Part shown: one piece after another, positions 1-10,073 of the stretch
Layout of the letters: each line of letters opens with the position of its first letter
Numbering within the stretch: the stretch's first letter is position 1
NCBI GenBank assembly: GCA_000437595.1
Contig: FR899900.1
Coordinates: 133,729 to 197,728 of the forward strand
DNA length: 64,000 nt
Direction of reading: 5' to 3'
Source of the DNA: Faecalibacterium sp. CAG:74
GTDB lineage: Bacteria > Bacillota > Clostridia > Christensenellales > Aristaeellaceae
The notes under the pieces: generated by a model
Told to the model about the DNA's origin: nothing
Databases searched by the model: none
What the model saw: the letters and a program-made list of their open reading frames with translations, nothing else
Made by a program: the position numbers and the translations under genes

Positions 1-1067
1 GTGCTGGACACGTTGTACGCCCAGCGCAGACCCGCCTCGACGTCCGCCGAGTCATTGCTGACGACGAAACCGTCGATGTTCATGCCAAACCAGCCGTCCG
101 TGCCGGGGAACGTGAAGATGCCGTAGTCCTTGCCGTATTCCTGACCCATGCTGGTCATCAGCGGCTGCATCCAAGTGCCCATAATCTGCATGGCATACGT
201 CCCGGCGACAACCTGACCGCTCGCTTCGTACCAGTCACGGCTGGAATGGTCGGGCGCGACGTAATCCATCAGCTTGGCGTAGGTCGTCAGCACCTTCGTC
301 ACGTCTTCGACGTTGTAGATGCCGTTGATGAAGTCCTGATAAATCTTAGGATCGGTGCCCATCATGATGTCCTCGAACACCTGACACGCCGGCCAGCCCT
401 TGCGGTCGCCAAGGTCAATCGGGTACTCGCCGTCGGGCATTTTCGCCGCCAGCTGATCGCAGATGTCCCAGAACTCGTCCCATGTGATGTTCTCGTGATC
501 CGGAATCGCAATCCCGTACTTCTCAAACACATGGATGTTGTAGAAGATAACATTCGTCTTATGGATGCCGATCGGCACGACGTAGTTCTTGCCATCAGGC
601 GCGGTCAGCAAATCCTTGATGCCCGGCAGGATGCGCTCGTTGAGCTTCGCGTAGTCCCACAGCTTGGACAAGTCCAGCAGCATGTTCGCATCGAGGTACG
701 GCTGAATTTCCTGACCGGGATGCGCCTGGAATGTTTCAGGACTCTTGCCTACCTGCTGAAGCACCTTGACCTTCATAACCATGGCGCCGCCGGCGCCGCC
801 CGGAATGGCGTTCGACTTCGTTTTCACCTTGCCGTACGCGCCTTTGAATTCGTCGATGACGGATTCAATCGCATCCTTCTCGCCGCCCGCCGTCCACCAG
901 TGGTAGACGTTGACCGTGCCTTTCGCAGAAACATCCTCCAGCACAGCCGCGAAATCAATGTCATCGGCGCTGCGCTTCTCGCGTTTGGCGGCAAAGGCAC
1001 TGGTCGTCAGCGACGTGATCGCCAGCACACCCGTCAGCAGCAGCGCACCGAATTTTTTCAGCTTCAT
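1..1067 (-). CDS. ABC transporter extracellular solute-binding protein (family 1, sugar type); partial, 3' end lies beyond the window start
   Basis: Reverse-strand translation reads MKLKKFGALLLTGVLAITSLTTSAFAAKREK..., a signal peptide followed by typical SBP_bac_1 sequence (VNVYHWW..GG..). The ATG at 1067 is preceded by GAGGAGGAACAAGCA. The frame stays open to position 1, which is why it is absent from the ORF track (no stop inside the window). Confidence 0.7.
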   Translation of the reverse strand, partial: MKLKKFGALLLTGVLAITSLTTSAFAAKREKRSADDIDFAAVLEDVSAKGTVNVYHWWTAGGEKDAIESVIDEFKGAYGKVKTKSNAIPGGAGGAMVMKVKVLQQVGKSPETFQAHPGQEIQPYLDANMLLDLSKLWDYAKLNERILPGIKDLLTAPDGKNYVVPIGIHKTNVIFYNIHVFEKYGIAIPDHENITWDEFWDICDQLAAKMPDGEYPIDLGDRKGWPACQVFEDIMMGTDPKIYQDFINGIYNVEDVTKVLTTYAKLMDYVAPDHSSRDWYEASGQVVAGTYAMQIMGTWMQPLMTSMGQEYGKDYGIFTFPGTDGWFGMNIDGFVVSNDSADVEAGLRWAYNVSS

Positions 1068-1101
1068 TGCTTGTTCCTCCTCTGAGAATACAGGGAATCT
1101 G

Positions 1102-1926
1102 TTACTCTTCCACGAACGTCATCGTCGCCCACAGGCTGGGGTTCTCGTCCACGTTGTGCATTGTGGGTTTGCGGTCGCGGCCGTCCAGCTGCGCGGAGTA
1201 CTGCATCCGCAGGCTGTGAATGCCGGGGCACGGCAGGTCAACGTCAAGGATGGAGAAGTCAAAGCCAACGGTCGTGCCCGCAGCGGGAACCAGCTGCGCG
1301 ATCTTATCATTGGAGAGGTTGTGCAGCGGGATCTTGCTTTCGAGGATGTAGCCGCCCATTTCCTTGTCGCGGACGGTCACGGCTTCGTAGTCGTCGAATA
1401 CCAGCTCGTCGCCGTATTCACCCTGCGTCTCCCAGCCGAGATTGTCAGCGATCATGTCGCGGTCAATATAGTTGAAGAAGTCATATTCGTCCGTGGACTG
1501 CACGATGCGCCAGTCGGTCGCTTCGTACGCTGTACGGTTCGGGTCGGCGTTGGGGTTGGTGCTGAAGAAGAGGATGATGGCATCCAGTTCATCCAGCGGG
1601 AAACCTTCGCGGTAGACAAACGGCGTGTCATCCCACACCTTCGCGGCGATGTAGAGGTTCTCTTCATCCCACATAGCGTAGATTTCCATCGAGCAGTCCG
1701 CTTCGCCGTCCCAGTGCTCAATCTGATCGACAATCTGCTTCTCGCTGTCAATGCGCAGGCAGCGGCTCGTGTCCCACTCGCTCAGGTCGCCGTCAATGAC
1801 GACGTTCTTAGCGCGCGGGGCTTCCAGATTCGCGTCGGAATACGCCAGTGCAGCGGGGGCCGCAGCAAACATAGCCAGTGCCAGCACGGATGCGGCTGCC
1901 TTGCGAAGCCATCCAAAGTGTTTCAT
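1102..1926 (-). CDS. secreted carbohydrate-binding (CBM9-like/DOMON-like) domain protein
   Basis: The 1102..2067 ORF is trimmed to the internal start MKHFGWLRKAAASVLALAMFAAAPAALA (signal peptide), preceded by the RBS GAAAGGGAGGAAC. It carries the IDGDLSEWD motif and the aromatic-rich segments typical of CBM9-like sugar-binding domains. Confidence 0.6.
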   Translation of the reverse strand: MKHFGWLRKAAASVLALAMFAAAPAALAYSDANLEAPRAKNVVIDGDLSEWDTSRCLRIDSEKQIVDQIEHWDGEADCSMEIYAMWDEENLYIAAKVWDDTPFVYREGFPLDELDAIILFFSTNPNADPNRTAYEATDWRIVQSTDEYDFFNYIDRDMIADNLGWETQGEYGDELVFDDYEAVTVRDKEMGGYILESKIPLHNLSNDKIAQLVPAAGTTVGFDFSILDVDLPCPGIHSLRMQYSAQLDGRDRKPTMHNVDENPSLWATMTFVEE

Positions 1927-2194
1927 GTCTCGTTCCTCCCTTTCAACATCGGAAACAAACTCAATTCGCACCATAGCGGTGCTTTCGTGATTCAGTATAA
2001 TCCCAGCGCCTGTTTTGAACAAGGGAAAATCCAGCACTGCTATTGGGAAAATACAAAACACAACCAAACTTCTTTATGCGGTATTCGGTTTTTGTGCGCT
2101 TCCGTCAACACGGGGTACTTTTCTTTTGCATTTTCTCTGCGTATGTGCTATACTGCTTCCATCAGCACAATGCGAAATAGAAAGGACGGCATGT

Positions 2195-4045
2195 ATGCGA
2201 AAACTGACGTGTATGCGAATAAGCGCGAAAATGACCATCCTGTTTTCTGTGATTGCCGCCTGCATGATTGCCGTCAACTCTGTTCTTGCGACGCTCTCCG
2301 AGATACAGAACATCCTGCTGTACGAGGAAGACAACCTGAACGCGATGGCGAGCAAAATCGTCGCGGCGTTCGAGCAGAACATCACCGTCATGGGCTATGC
2401 GCTGGACGGCTTGAAACAGGATAATGACTTCATGGCTGCGCTCAATACCATCTACACATTAGGCGAAGACATGGAGACGACGTCCGAATACCATCAGGCG
2501 CAGAACACGCTTTCCGCCGCGCTTTTCCATGAGCCGCTGAACGACTACTTCTACCGTATCAACGTGCTGACAATGGACGGTTTCTACCTGTCCAGCCGCT
2601 ACGAAACGATTGGTCTGCTGGAAAACTACTCGGATGAGCTGCGCACCGTCATGCTCCGCCTGCCCTACCTGAACGAGCGCAACCGGGGGCTGAGCCAGAA
2701 GACGCTTGTCCGCCCGCACATTGACCCGTGGTTCGTCGCGCGCCCGATTTCTATCTATACGCTGATGTCCCCTGCCGTTTATCACGGCAAACAGATCGGC
2801 TTTGTGGAGGTCAATGCGCTTTCAACCGACCTGTTCGACATTTTCTCCTCCAACGACATGGCAGGATTCCGCGCCACCGCCTACGACGCGGACGGCCGCC
2901 TGTTCCACCGCAATTTCGATGACACCATCGACTACTCCGCCGCCGAATACGGCAGCATGACCGAGTGCAGCGACAAAAACGGCGACACCTACTACGTCGT
3001 CAAGGAGCATTGCAGCTGGCTGGGCTTCGACATTTATGCCGCCCAGCGTACCGCGGTTTTCGAGTCGTCCATCCACTCCGTCATCCTCCACCATGTGCTG
3101 GTCAGTCTGCTGGTGCTGTTCATCGCTGAAGTGTTCATCATCCTCTCGTCGCATCAGCTCAGCCGCTCGATTCTGCGCCTGACGCGCAAGGTTTCCCAGC
3201 TGTCCGACCCGGCGGCAATAGCTGAGCGTCCCCTGCTGCCCGAAGAAATGCCGAAGGTCACGAACCCGCACGACGTGGAGATGCGCGAACTGGAGGACGT
3301 GTTTGACAAGCAGGTAATGGAGCTGAAAACTGCCATGCGCAACGACGCAGAGCTGCGCGAGAGCAATCTCCGTTCACGGCTGAACGCGCTGCAGGCGCAG
3401 ATTAACCCGCACTTCATTTACAACACGCTCAACATCATCTCCGCAAAGTCGATGGAAGCCGGGAACGAGGAGGTCATCGACATCTGCGGGAAATTCGCCC
3501 GGATGCTGCGCTACTCCACCGACCTGCGCAGCAAAACCGCGACGCTCCAGGAGGAAATCGCCCACGTTCGCAATTATCTGGCACTCGCGAAAGCTCGTTT
3601 GGAGGATCGGCTGGAATACACCATCGACATACCGGACGCTTTCTCGCATCTGACACTGCCGAAGCTCTCCCTCCAGCCCATCGCGGAAAACGCCATTTCC
3701 CACGGTTATCAGGGGTCAAGCGGCACAATTCACATCACCATTTCCGGCACGGTCGATGAGGACGGCTGCCTGCATCTGCTGATTTGCGACGACGGCTGCG
3801 GCTTCGGGGAGGAAATCCTGTCGCACCTGCGGGAAGAATTCAGCCACATTGAAGCGGGTGAACTGACCGAGCCGGAAAACACGTCCGCCCATATTGGGCT
3901 TGTCAACACCTATCGCCGCCTGTTCTATTTCAGCCGCGGCGCAATTCGGATGCGCGTCCGCAATGACGGCGGCGCAGTAGTCGAACTGATTGAAACGCGT
4001 ACCAGTGAGGAGGAAGACGATGTACACCATTCTGATCGTAGATGA
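2195..4045 (+). CDS. sensor histidine kinase, YesM/LytS-like (two TM segments, cytoplasmic His_kinase + HATPase_c)
   Basis: Contains the LQAQINPHFIYNTLN H-box and G-box motifs (LLICDDGCGFG) plus an N-terminal TM helix. The start was moved to ATG 2195, which follows AAAGGACGG; the upstream part of the 2015 ORF looks non-coding. The exact start is uncertain (2213 and 2231 are alternatives). Confidence 0.75.
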   Translation: MRKLTCMRISAKMTILFSVIAACMIAVNSVLATLSEIQNILLYEEDNLNAMASKIVAAFEQNITVMGYALDGLKQDNDFMAALNTIYTLGEDMETTSEYHQAQNTLSAALFHEPLNDYFYRINVLTMDGFYLSSRYETIGLLENYSDELRTVMLRLPYLNERNRGLSQKTLVRPHIDPWFVARPISIYTLMSPAVYHGKQIGFVEVNALSTDLFDIFSSNDMAGFRATAYDADGRLFHRNFDDTIDYSAAEYGSMTECSDKNGDTYYVVKEHCSWLGFDIYAAQRTAVFESSIHSVILHHVLVSLLVLFIAEVFIILSSHQLSRSILRLTRKVSQLSDPAAIAERPLLPEEMPKVTNPHDVEMRELEDVFDKQVMELKTAMRNDAELRESNLRSRLNALQAQINPHFIYNTLNIISAKSMEAGNEEVIDICGKFARMLRYSTDLRSKTATLQEEIAHVRNYLALAKARLEDRLEYTIDIPDAFSHLTLPKLSLQPIAENAISHGYQGSSGTIHITISGTVDEDGCLHLLICDDGCGFGEEILSHLREEFSHIEAGELTEPENTSAHIGLVNTYRRLFYFSRGAIRMRVRNDGGAVVELIETRTSEEEDDVHHSDRR

Positions 4046-5528
4046 TGAGCGTCCCGCGCAGACGTTCATCAAAGCCATCTGCCAGAAATACTGCCCTGCG
4101 TTTGACACCATTCTGCTCTCCGGCAGCGCCGACGATGCCCTCCAGCTGATGGCGCAGCAGCACGTCCATGTGCTGGTAACGGACATCAGTATGCCGGGCA
4201 TCAACGGCATTGAATTGGCGCAGCGCGTCCGGCAGCTGTATCCGCGGACGCATACAGTGATTGTCTCCGGCTACGCGGAATTTGAGTTCGCGCGCGGGGC
4301 AATTCAGGCGGGCGTGGATGATTATCTGCTCAAGCCCGTGGAAATCCAGAGTTTCCGGCAAATTCTCGACCGAATCCGCGAAACGCTCGATGCAGAAGCA
4401 AACAACCTGATGGAGGAAACGCTGACTCGCCTGCTCTGCGGTGAAGCAGTCGATGAGCCGCTGCTCTGCTCTCTGTTTTCCAGCCGTATGATGCGCTTTG
4501 CCCTTGTCCGTCAGGGCAATTTGTTCACCGTACGCTTCGCAAAATTCCGCACAGCGCAGCTTCGTCAGGTGCATCAGGCGGGCTGGATTGCGTTTTATGG
4601 GCGCGATGAACAGGAAACCATTCTCCTGCGCAGCAGTGCCGATCGGCAGAAGCGTTTTCCCGACGAGCTGTCCGACCTGCTTAAAGCCGACTTTCCGGAT
4701 CTGCCCTGTACGGCGATTTACGCGCCGGAAGATGCCGACATTCTCACCTTGCCGCAGTTTTTGAGCCGCGCTGCAGGGCGCATGGTGAATACCGTCGTCA
4801 TCGGCAAGGGGCAGCTTGTTCCGCTGAACGCACCGCAAAGTGCCTTACAGCCGTCCGTCCTGTCCGCTGCGACAAAAAAGCGCATTGCGTCATTCGTCGA
4901 AACAGGCAATACACGGATGCTGAAAGAGCTGTTTGTGTCCCTTGCAATCGAATGGAATCAGAACAGCCTGCCGCAGATTCAGGCGGAAGACTTATGCTAC
5001 CAGCTGATTCTGTACACGGCTGACTTGGGCGTTCCCGGCCCCAAAAGGAAGCGCGAGCAGATTCTGCGCGAGGCAAACGAACTATACGGCAGCGCCTCCT
5101 CCTACGGCGACCTGCTGGCGAGCCTGTACTCCCTGATTTTTGAGGAAGGGTTCATCCGTGACAAGAACGTCAGCGCGAACGAGCTGTGCGAATACACGCT
5201 GAACTACATTCGCGAAAACTACGCCCAGCCGCTGAGCATCCCGCGTATCTGCACCGATGTTGGCATCAGCCAGACGTACCTGTCGCGCCTGCTGCGCAAG
5301 TATGCCGGAACGACGTTCAACACCTTCCTAACGCAGTGCCGCATGGACGCCGCGAAGCAGATGCTGCGTGAACATCCGGATATTCTGCTGCATGAAGTGG
5401 CGGCGTGCGTCGGGTATGACGACCAGTCGTATTTCAGCAAGATTTTCCGCAATGAAACAGGCATGACGCCATCGCAGTATGCTGCGACGTTTGCGGCAGA
5501 TGCGCCGACTCAGCCGCCGAAAACGTGA
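4020..5528 (+). CDS. response regulator with receiver domain and C-terminal AraC-type HTH (YesN-like)
   Basis: MYTILIVDDERP...DISMPGINGIEL receiver motifs, with a C-terminal AraC HTH (YAQPLSIPRICTDVGISQTYLSRLLRKYAGTTFNTFLTQCRMDAAKQML). The RBS GAGGAGGAAGACG precedes ATG 4020, and the gene overlaps the kinase stop. Confidence 0.85.
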   Translation: MYTILIVDDERPAQTFIKAICQKYCPAFDTILLSGSADDALQLMAQQHVHVLVTDISMPGINGIELAQRVRQLYPRTHTVIVSGYAEFEFARGAIQAGVDDYLLKPVEIQSFRQILDRIRETLDAEANNLMEETLTRLLCGEAVDEPLLCSLFSSRMMRFALVRQGNLFTVRFAKFRTAQLRQVHQAGWIAFYGRDEQETILLRSSADRQKRFPDELSDLLKADFPDLPCTAIYAPEDADILTLPQFLSRAAGRMVNTVVIGKGQLVPLNAPQSALQPSVLSAATKKRIASFVETGNTRMLKELFVSLAIEWNQNSLPQIQAEDLCYQLILYTADLGVPGPKRKREQILREANELYGSASSYGDLLASLYSLIFEEGFIRDKNVSANELCEYTLNYIRENYAQPLSIPRICTDVGISQTYLSRLLRKYAGTTFNTFLTQCRMDAAKQMLREHPDILLHEVAACVGYDDQSYFSKIFRNETGMTPSQYAATFAADAPTQPPKT

Positions 5529-5540
5529 TTTTTCCTTTTT

Positions 5541-5567
5541 GCCGCCAATCAACTGGCGGCTTTTTTG
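5541..5567 (+). terminator. rho-independent terminator after the response-regulator gene
   Basis: GCCGCCAATCAACTGGCGGC hairpin followed by TTTTTTG. Confidence 0.7.
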
Positions 5568-5619
5568 CTTTTCATCCGTTTTTCATTGCGGAAAAAAGCG
5601 TCACTTTTGCCCGTTCCCC

Positions 5620-5648
5620 TTGCAAATCAAACCAAAATCGGCTATGAT
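5620..5648 (+). promoter_or_regulatory. sigma-70 type promoter for lepA
   Basis: TTGCAA, a 17-nt spacer, then TATGAT, about 50 nt upstream of the lepA GTG. Confidence 0.5.
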
Positions 5649-5701
5649 AAGATTGTGGTATTTTGAGCCTGTGATAAGGCTTTTGACGGAGGGATTTCAG
5701 C

Positions 5702-7507
5702 GTGTCCGATAGATTATCGAAGATTCGCAATTTCTGCATTATTGCCCATATTGACCATGGCAAGTCCACGCTGGCTGACCGCATTCTGGAAACGACGGGC
5801 GTTTTCCAGAAGCGCGAGATGGTGGAGCAGATTCTGGACAGCATGGAGCTGGAACGCGAGCGCGGCATCACCATCAAGTCCAAGGCGGTGCATATGCACT
5901 ATACCGCCAAGGACGGCAAAACCTACACGCTCAACCTGATTGACACGCCCGGCCATGTGGACTTCACCTACGAAGTCAGCCGTGCGCTGGCGGCGTGCGA
6001 AGGCGCGCTGCTGGTGGTGGACGCGACGCAGGGCATTGAGGCGCAGACGCTGGCGAACTGCTATATGGCGCTCGACCATGACCTCGAAATCATCCCGGTC
6101 ATCAACAAAATTGACCTACCCAGCGCGCAGCCGGAAGAAGTCCGGCAGGAAATTGAGGACGTTATCGGGCTGGATGCGTCCTATGCACCGTGCGTGAGCG
6201 CGAAAACTGGCCTGAACATCGATCAAGTGCTGGAAGCAGTGGTGAATTACGTTCCCGCGCCGCAGGGCGACGAGAACGCACCGCTGCAGGCACTGATTTT
6301 CGATGCGTTCTACGACAACTACCGCGGTGCAATCTGCTTCATCCGCGTCAAGCAGGGCACAATCCGCACGGGAATGCGGATGCGCATGATGGCGACGGGC
6401 GGCGAGTTCGACATTGTGGAAGTCGGCACGTTCGCGCCGAGCTATCAGCCGTGCGACGAATTGAAAGCGGGCGACGTAGGCTATGTCGCGGCCTCCATCA
6501 AGGATGTGCGTGAAACCCGCGTCGGCGACACAATTACCGACGCCATGAATCCGGCGGATTGCCCCCTGCCCGGCTATCGGCAGGTGACGCCGATGGTCTA
6601 CTGCGGCGTGTATCCGGCGGACGGCGCGGACTATCCGGCGCTCAAAGATGCGCTGGAGAAGCTGCGCATGAACGACGCTTCCCTCTCCTTTGACCCGGAA
6701 ACGTCCGTCGCACTGGGCTACGGCTTCCGCTGTGGCTTCTTGGGGCTGCTGCACATGGACATCATCACCGAGCGGCTGGAGCGCGAATGGGACTTGAACC
6801 TCGTCACCACCGCGCCGAGCGTCATCTACCGCATTACGAAAACCGATGGCACGGTGCTGATGTGCGACAACCCGATGGCGCTGCCGCCCATTGGCGAAAT
6901 TGCCATGATGGAAGAGCCGTTCGTCCACGCGGAAATCTTCACGCCGCAGGACAGCGTCGGCACGATTATGGACTTGTGTCAAGACCGGCGCGGCATCTTC
7001 CTTGACATGCAGTACGAGGGCACGCGCGTCAAGCTGAATTACGACATTCCGCTCAACGAAATCATCTTCGACTTTTTTGACCAGATTAAGAGCCGCAGCC
7101 GCGGATACGCCTCGTTCGACTACGAATTCAAGGACTACCGCGAGAGCCAATTGGTCAAGCTGGATATTCTGCTCAACGGCGAAATCTGCGACGCGTTCTC
7201 TATCATCGTTCACCGCGACAAGGCGTATGGGCGCGGGCGTTCCATCTGCGAGAAGCTCAAAGACGTCATCCCGCGGCAGATGTTCGAGATTCCGATTCAG
7301 GCGGCCATCGGCGGCAAGGTCATCGCGCGTGAAACCGTCAAGGCGATGCGCAAGGACGTGCTGGCAAAGTGCTACGGCGGCGACATCAGCCGAAAGAAAA
7401 AGCTGCTGGAAAAGCAGAAAGAGGGCAAGAAGCGAATGCGGCAGTTCGGCACGGTGCAAGTGCCCAGCGAGGCATTCCTTGCCGTGCTGAAGATGGACAG
7501 CAACTGA
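5702..7507 (+). CDS. lepA: elongation factor 4 (LepA), translational GTPase
   Basis: [16 protein letters not shown]1 motif, [13 protein letters not shown], and the full-length LepA C-terminal domain. GTG start with the RBS GGAGGG. Confidence 0.95.
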   Translation: MSDRLSKIRNFCIIAHIDHGKSTLADRILETTGVFQKREMVEQILDSMELERERGITIKSKAVHMHYTAKDGKTYTLNLIDTPGHVDFTYEVSRALAACEGALLVVDATQGIEAQTLANCYMALDHDLEIIPVINKIDLPSAQPEEVRQEIEDVIGLDASYAPCVSAKTGLNIDQVLEAVVNYVPAPQGDENAPLQALIFDAFYDNYRGAICFIRVKQGTIRTGMRMRMMATGGEFDIVEVGTFAPSYQPCDELKAGDVGYVAASIKDVRETRVGDTITDAMNPADCPLPGYRQVTPMVYCGVYPADGADYPALKDALEKLRMNDASLSFDPETSVALGYGFRCGFLGLLHMDIITERLEREWDLNLVTTAPSVIYRITKTDGTVLMCDNPMALPPIGEIAMMEEPFVHAEIFTPQDSVGTIMDLCQDRRGIFLDMQYEGTRVKLNYDIPLNEIIFDFFDQIKSRSRGYASFDYEFKDYRESQLVKLDILLNGEICDAFSIIVHRDKAYGRGRSICEKLKDVIPRQMFEIPIQAAIGGKVIARETVKAMRKDVLAKCYGGDISRKKKLLEKQKEGKKRMRQFGTVQVPSEAFLAVLKMDSN

Positions 7508-7527
7508 CGCTGTCAGGAGGAAAAAAC

Positions 7528-8172
7528 ATGCTGTACCGCAAGTCTCAGGTCAGCGACCGCTGGCTTCGTGCGCCGCTCCAAGCGCCCACTGCGCTGCATC
7601 AGCCGCTTTCCTACATTTCCCGCAGCCATATTGCCGACGTGTTTGCGTCGCAGGAGAACGGGCGAAAGGACATTTCCGTCTGCTTCACGGGGCATCGGGC
7701 GATTCCGCCGCAGGAGCTTCCTGCGCTGACAGAGCGGCTTGACCGGGTGCTGAAAGCACTGTATCAGCACGGGTTTCGGGATTTTATCTGCGGCGGCGCG
7801 CTGGGATTTGACACGCTGGCAGCGCAGCGCATTCTGCTGATGCGGACGCACCATGCGGATGTTCGGCTTCGGCTGGCGATTCCGTGCAGCACGCAGTCCG
7901 CGCGATGGAAAGCGTCGGATTGCCTGATTTACGAGCAGCTGCTGTATGCCGCCGACGAGACAGTTGTCCTCTCCAGCCACTACTATGAGGGCTGCATGTA
8001 CATGCGGAATCGGTACATGGTGGACAACAGCGCATTTTGCGTCTGCTACCTGAATCGGCAGAAGGGCGGCACGATGTACACCGCGCTCTACGCCATGCAG
8101 GAGGGGCTTCCGCTGCTGAATTTGGCAATCGCCAGCGACTGCGAGCGCCTGATTCAGAAAGCAAAGGTATGA
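7528..8172 (+). CDS. DUF1273/SLOG-family protein (YoqJ/UPF0398-like)
   Basis: The CFTGHR motif near the N-terminus and overall similarity to DUF1273. The start was trimmed to ATG 7528 after AGGAGGAAAAAAC; the longer 7369 ORF would overlap lepA. Confidence 0.6.
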   Translation: MLYRKSQVSDRWLRAPLQAPTALHQPLSYISRSHIADVFASQENGRKDISVCFTGHRAIPPQELPALTERLDRVLKALYQHGFRDFICGGALGFDTLAAQRILLMRTHHADVRLRLAIPCSTQSARWKASDCLIYEQLLYAADETVVLSSHYYEGCMYMRNRYMVDNSAFCVCYLNRQKGGTMYTALYAMQEGLPLLNLAIASDCERLIQKAKV

Positions 8173-8176
8173 AAAA

Positions 8177-8209
8177 AGCAGGGGAATGCTTGTTTCCCCT
8201 GCTTTTTAT
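8177..8209. terminator. bidirectional rho-independent terminator
   Basis: AGCAGGGGAA..TTCCCCTGCT hairpin flanked by A-run and T-run, between convergent genes. Confidence 0.7.
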
Positions 8210-8372
8210 ACTAATTCGATTCTAAAACATGGCATCGAGCATAGCAGATTTTTCGTTCCGGCAAAGCTGAGTGAAGCGAGGCGTACTGGAGGTACGCGCG
8301 AGCGGAACGAAGCAAAGCCGGGGCGGAAAAGATGCTGTGCGAATGACATGCTTTAGATGAGAAGTAGTATTA

Positions 8373-8765
8373 TCACGGTTTTGATGTCTCTGCCGTTTTT
8401 TCGGCTTCCTCCATCGCTTTGAGCTTGAGCAGGCGCTCGTCATGCTCTTCTTCCACCTTGATTTCCCAGTGCAGCAGCAGCGTCAGCACACCGCGCAGCG
8501 CAATGACCGCACCCAGAATCAGCAGTTCCGTCCATTCGCGGACGATGACCGTGCGCAGCACTTCGCCGCCGAGCTTGAATTCCAACGCAAGTGCAATGCC
8601 CTGCGCCAATTCAAGCCGGAGATGCTCATTGTGCTTGAAGTAGCTGACGACGCCCTTCACCGCCGTGATAATCAGAATAGCGATGCCCGCCAGCTCCGCC
8701 AGCACAATGCCCAATTCTGCTGAATAATGTACCAGTTTTTCCAGAAAACTGATGATGGTATCCAT
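8373..8765 (-). CDS. DUF1622 family small membrane protein
   Basis: 130 aa with two hydrophobic helices (LAELAGIAILIITAV, LLILGAVIALRGVLTLLL) and a charged C-terminal tail, the typical DUF1622 layout. Confidence 0.55.
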   Translation of the reverse strand: MDTIISFLEKLVHYSAELGIVLAELAGIAILIITAVKGVVSYFKHNEHLRLELAQGIALALEFKLGGEVLRTVIVREWTELLILGAVIALRGVLTLLLHWEIKVEEEHDERLLKLKAMEEAEKTAETSKP

Positions 8766-8843
8766 TTTCGTACACCTCCTTTGCCACTTTTTCTATTGTA
8801 GCGGATTTTTCCGCATTTGAACAGTCCTTTACAGGTGATTTGA

Positions 8844-9986
8844 ATGGAAATTTACTTGCACGTTCCCTATTGTCGCCAAAAATGCCGCTACTGCGACTTT
8901 GCTTCCTTCCCCCATGCGGAATCTACACAGCGTGCCTATGTGGATGCGGTGCTGACCGAAGCCGCATCGCAGGCAGCGAAACTCCCGCATAGCATCATGG
9001 AAACCGCGTATTTAGGCGGAGGCACGCCGTCGATTCTGCCGCCAGAACTGCTGACGCGGCTATTGGAGGGCGTTGCAGCGCATTTTCCCCTTGCGCCCGG
9101 TGCGGAATTTACGTCCGAGGCGAACCCCGGCACGCTGACCCATGCGTGGCTTGATGCGGCGCTGAACTGCGGTATCAATCGCCTGTCAATGGGAATGCAG
9201 GCGGCCCAGCCTGCACTGCTGAAGATGCTGGGACGCATCCACGACTTTACGCAGGTGCAGCAGAGCGTCGAACTCGCGCGGCACGCTGGATTCCAGCACA
9301 TCAGCCTTGACCTCATGTTCGGGCTGCCCGGTCAGACAGTCAGCATGTGGCGTGAGACGCTGGAGAAGGCGCTGTCGCTGAATCCGGAGCATTTGTCCTG
9401 CTACGGGTTGATTCCTGAAGAAGGTACGCCGCTGTACCGTGACTTGCAGACCGGGCAGCTGACCCTGCCGGACGAGGACGACGAGCGCCGCATGTACGAC
9501 CTGACGCTTGATCTGCTGGCGCAATCAGGCTTTCGGCAGTACGAAATCAGCAATTTCGCGCGCCCCGGCTGCGAATGCCGCCACAACATCGGTTATTGGC
9601 AGCAAGAGCCGTATATCGGGCTGGGCGTGTCGGCGGCGTCGTATCTGCCCGCGAAGAACGGGATGATTCGCCTGACGAACCCGCGCACGCTGCCCGCATA
9701 TCTGCGGATGGTGCAGTCGCAGGACGATTCGCTGCGAGAGCGGGAGTTCGTCTCAAAAACCGACGGTCGGTTTGAAACGCTGATGCTTGGGCTGCGAATG
9801 ACCCGCGGCGTCAGCGAAACGGAATTTCAGGAGCGGCACGGCGTTTCGCTGGACGCGTTGTACGGCGAGAAGCTGCGGAAGTTCGAGCATGAAGGACTGC
9901 TTCAGCACAAAACCGACCGATGGTCGCTGACGCGTCGCGGGATGGACGTGCAGAATGCGATTCTTGTGGAATTGATGGATGACTGA
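8844..9986 (+). CDS. hemW: radical SAM family heme chaperone HemW (oxygen-independent coproporphyrinogen-III oxidase-like)
   Basis: The HVPYCRQKCRYCDF radical-SAM CxxxCxxC motif lies near the N-terminus, with a HemN C-terminal domain, at 380 aa. Confidence 0.85.
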   Translation: MEIYLHVPYCRQKCRYCDFASFPHAESTQRAYVDAVLTEAASQAAKLPHSIMETAYLGGGTPSILPPELLTRLLEGVAAHFPLAPGAEFTSEANPGTLTHAWLDAALNCGINRLSMGMQAAQPALLKMLGRIHDFTQVQQSVELARHAGFQHISLDLMFGLPGQTVSMWRETLEKALSLNPEHLSCYGLIPEEGTPLYRDLQTGQLTLPDEDDERRMYDLTLDLLAQSGFRQYEISNFARPGCECRHNIGYWQQEPYIGLGVSAASYLPAKNGMIRLTNPRTLPAYLRMVQSQDDSLREREFVSKTDGRFETLMLGLRMTRGVSETEFQERHGVSLDALYGEKLRKFEHEGLLQHKTDRWSLTRRGMDVQNAILVELMDD

Positions 9987-9991
9987 CCGAC

Positions 9992-10031
9992 GACCTCCGG
10001 CAGGGTGCTTTCCCGACCGGAGGTCTTTTTG
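9992..10031 (+). terminator. rho-independent terminator after hemW; a second hairpin at 10048-10070 serves ppk1 on the minus strand
   Basis: GACCTCCGG..CCGGAGGTC hairpin plus TTTTTG, then AACCGATGGTCGGTTTTTTT. Confidence 0.7.
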
Positions 10032-10073
10032 TTTGCCGATTTTATCGAAGCAAACCGATGGTCGGTTTTTTTC

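Noticed and set aside
246-1085. 279-aa plus-strand ORF
   Set aside because: Antisense to the solute-binding protein gene, Arg/Val/Ala-rich, with no motifs. GC-driven artefact.
2015-2194. N-terminal 60 codons of the 2015..4045 ORF
   Set aside because: No RBS at 2015, and the Cys/Phe-rich sequence is unlike a kinase N-terminus. It is more likely the promoter/leader, with the start at 2195.
910-2424. 504-aa plus-strand ORF
   Set aside because: Spans two real minus-strand genes and an intergenic region. Low-complexity composition and no RBS.
6116-7459. 447-aa minus-strand ORF
   Set aside because: Fully antisense to lepA, which has unmistakable GTPase motifs.
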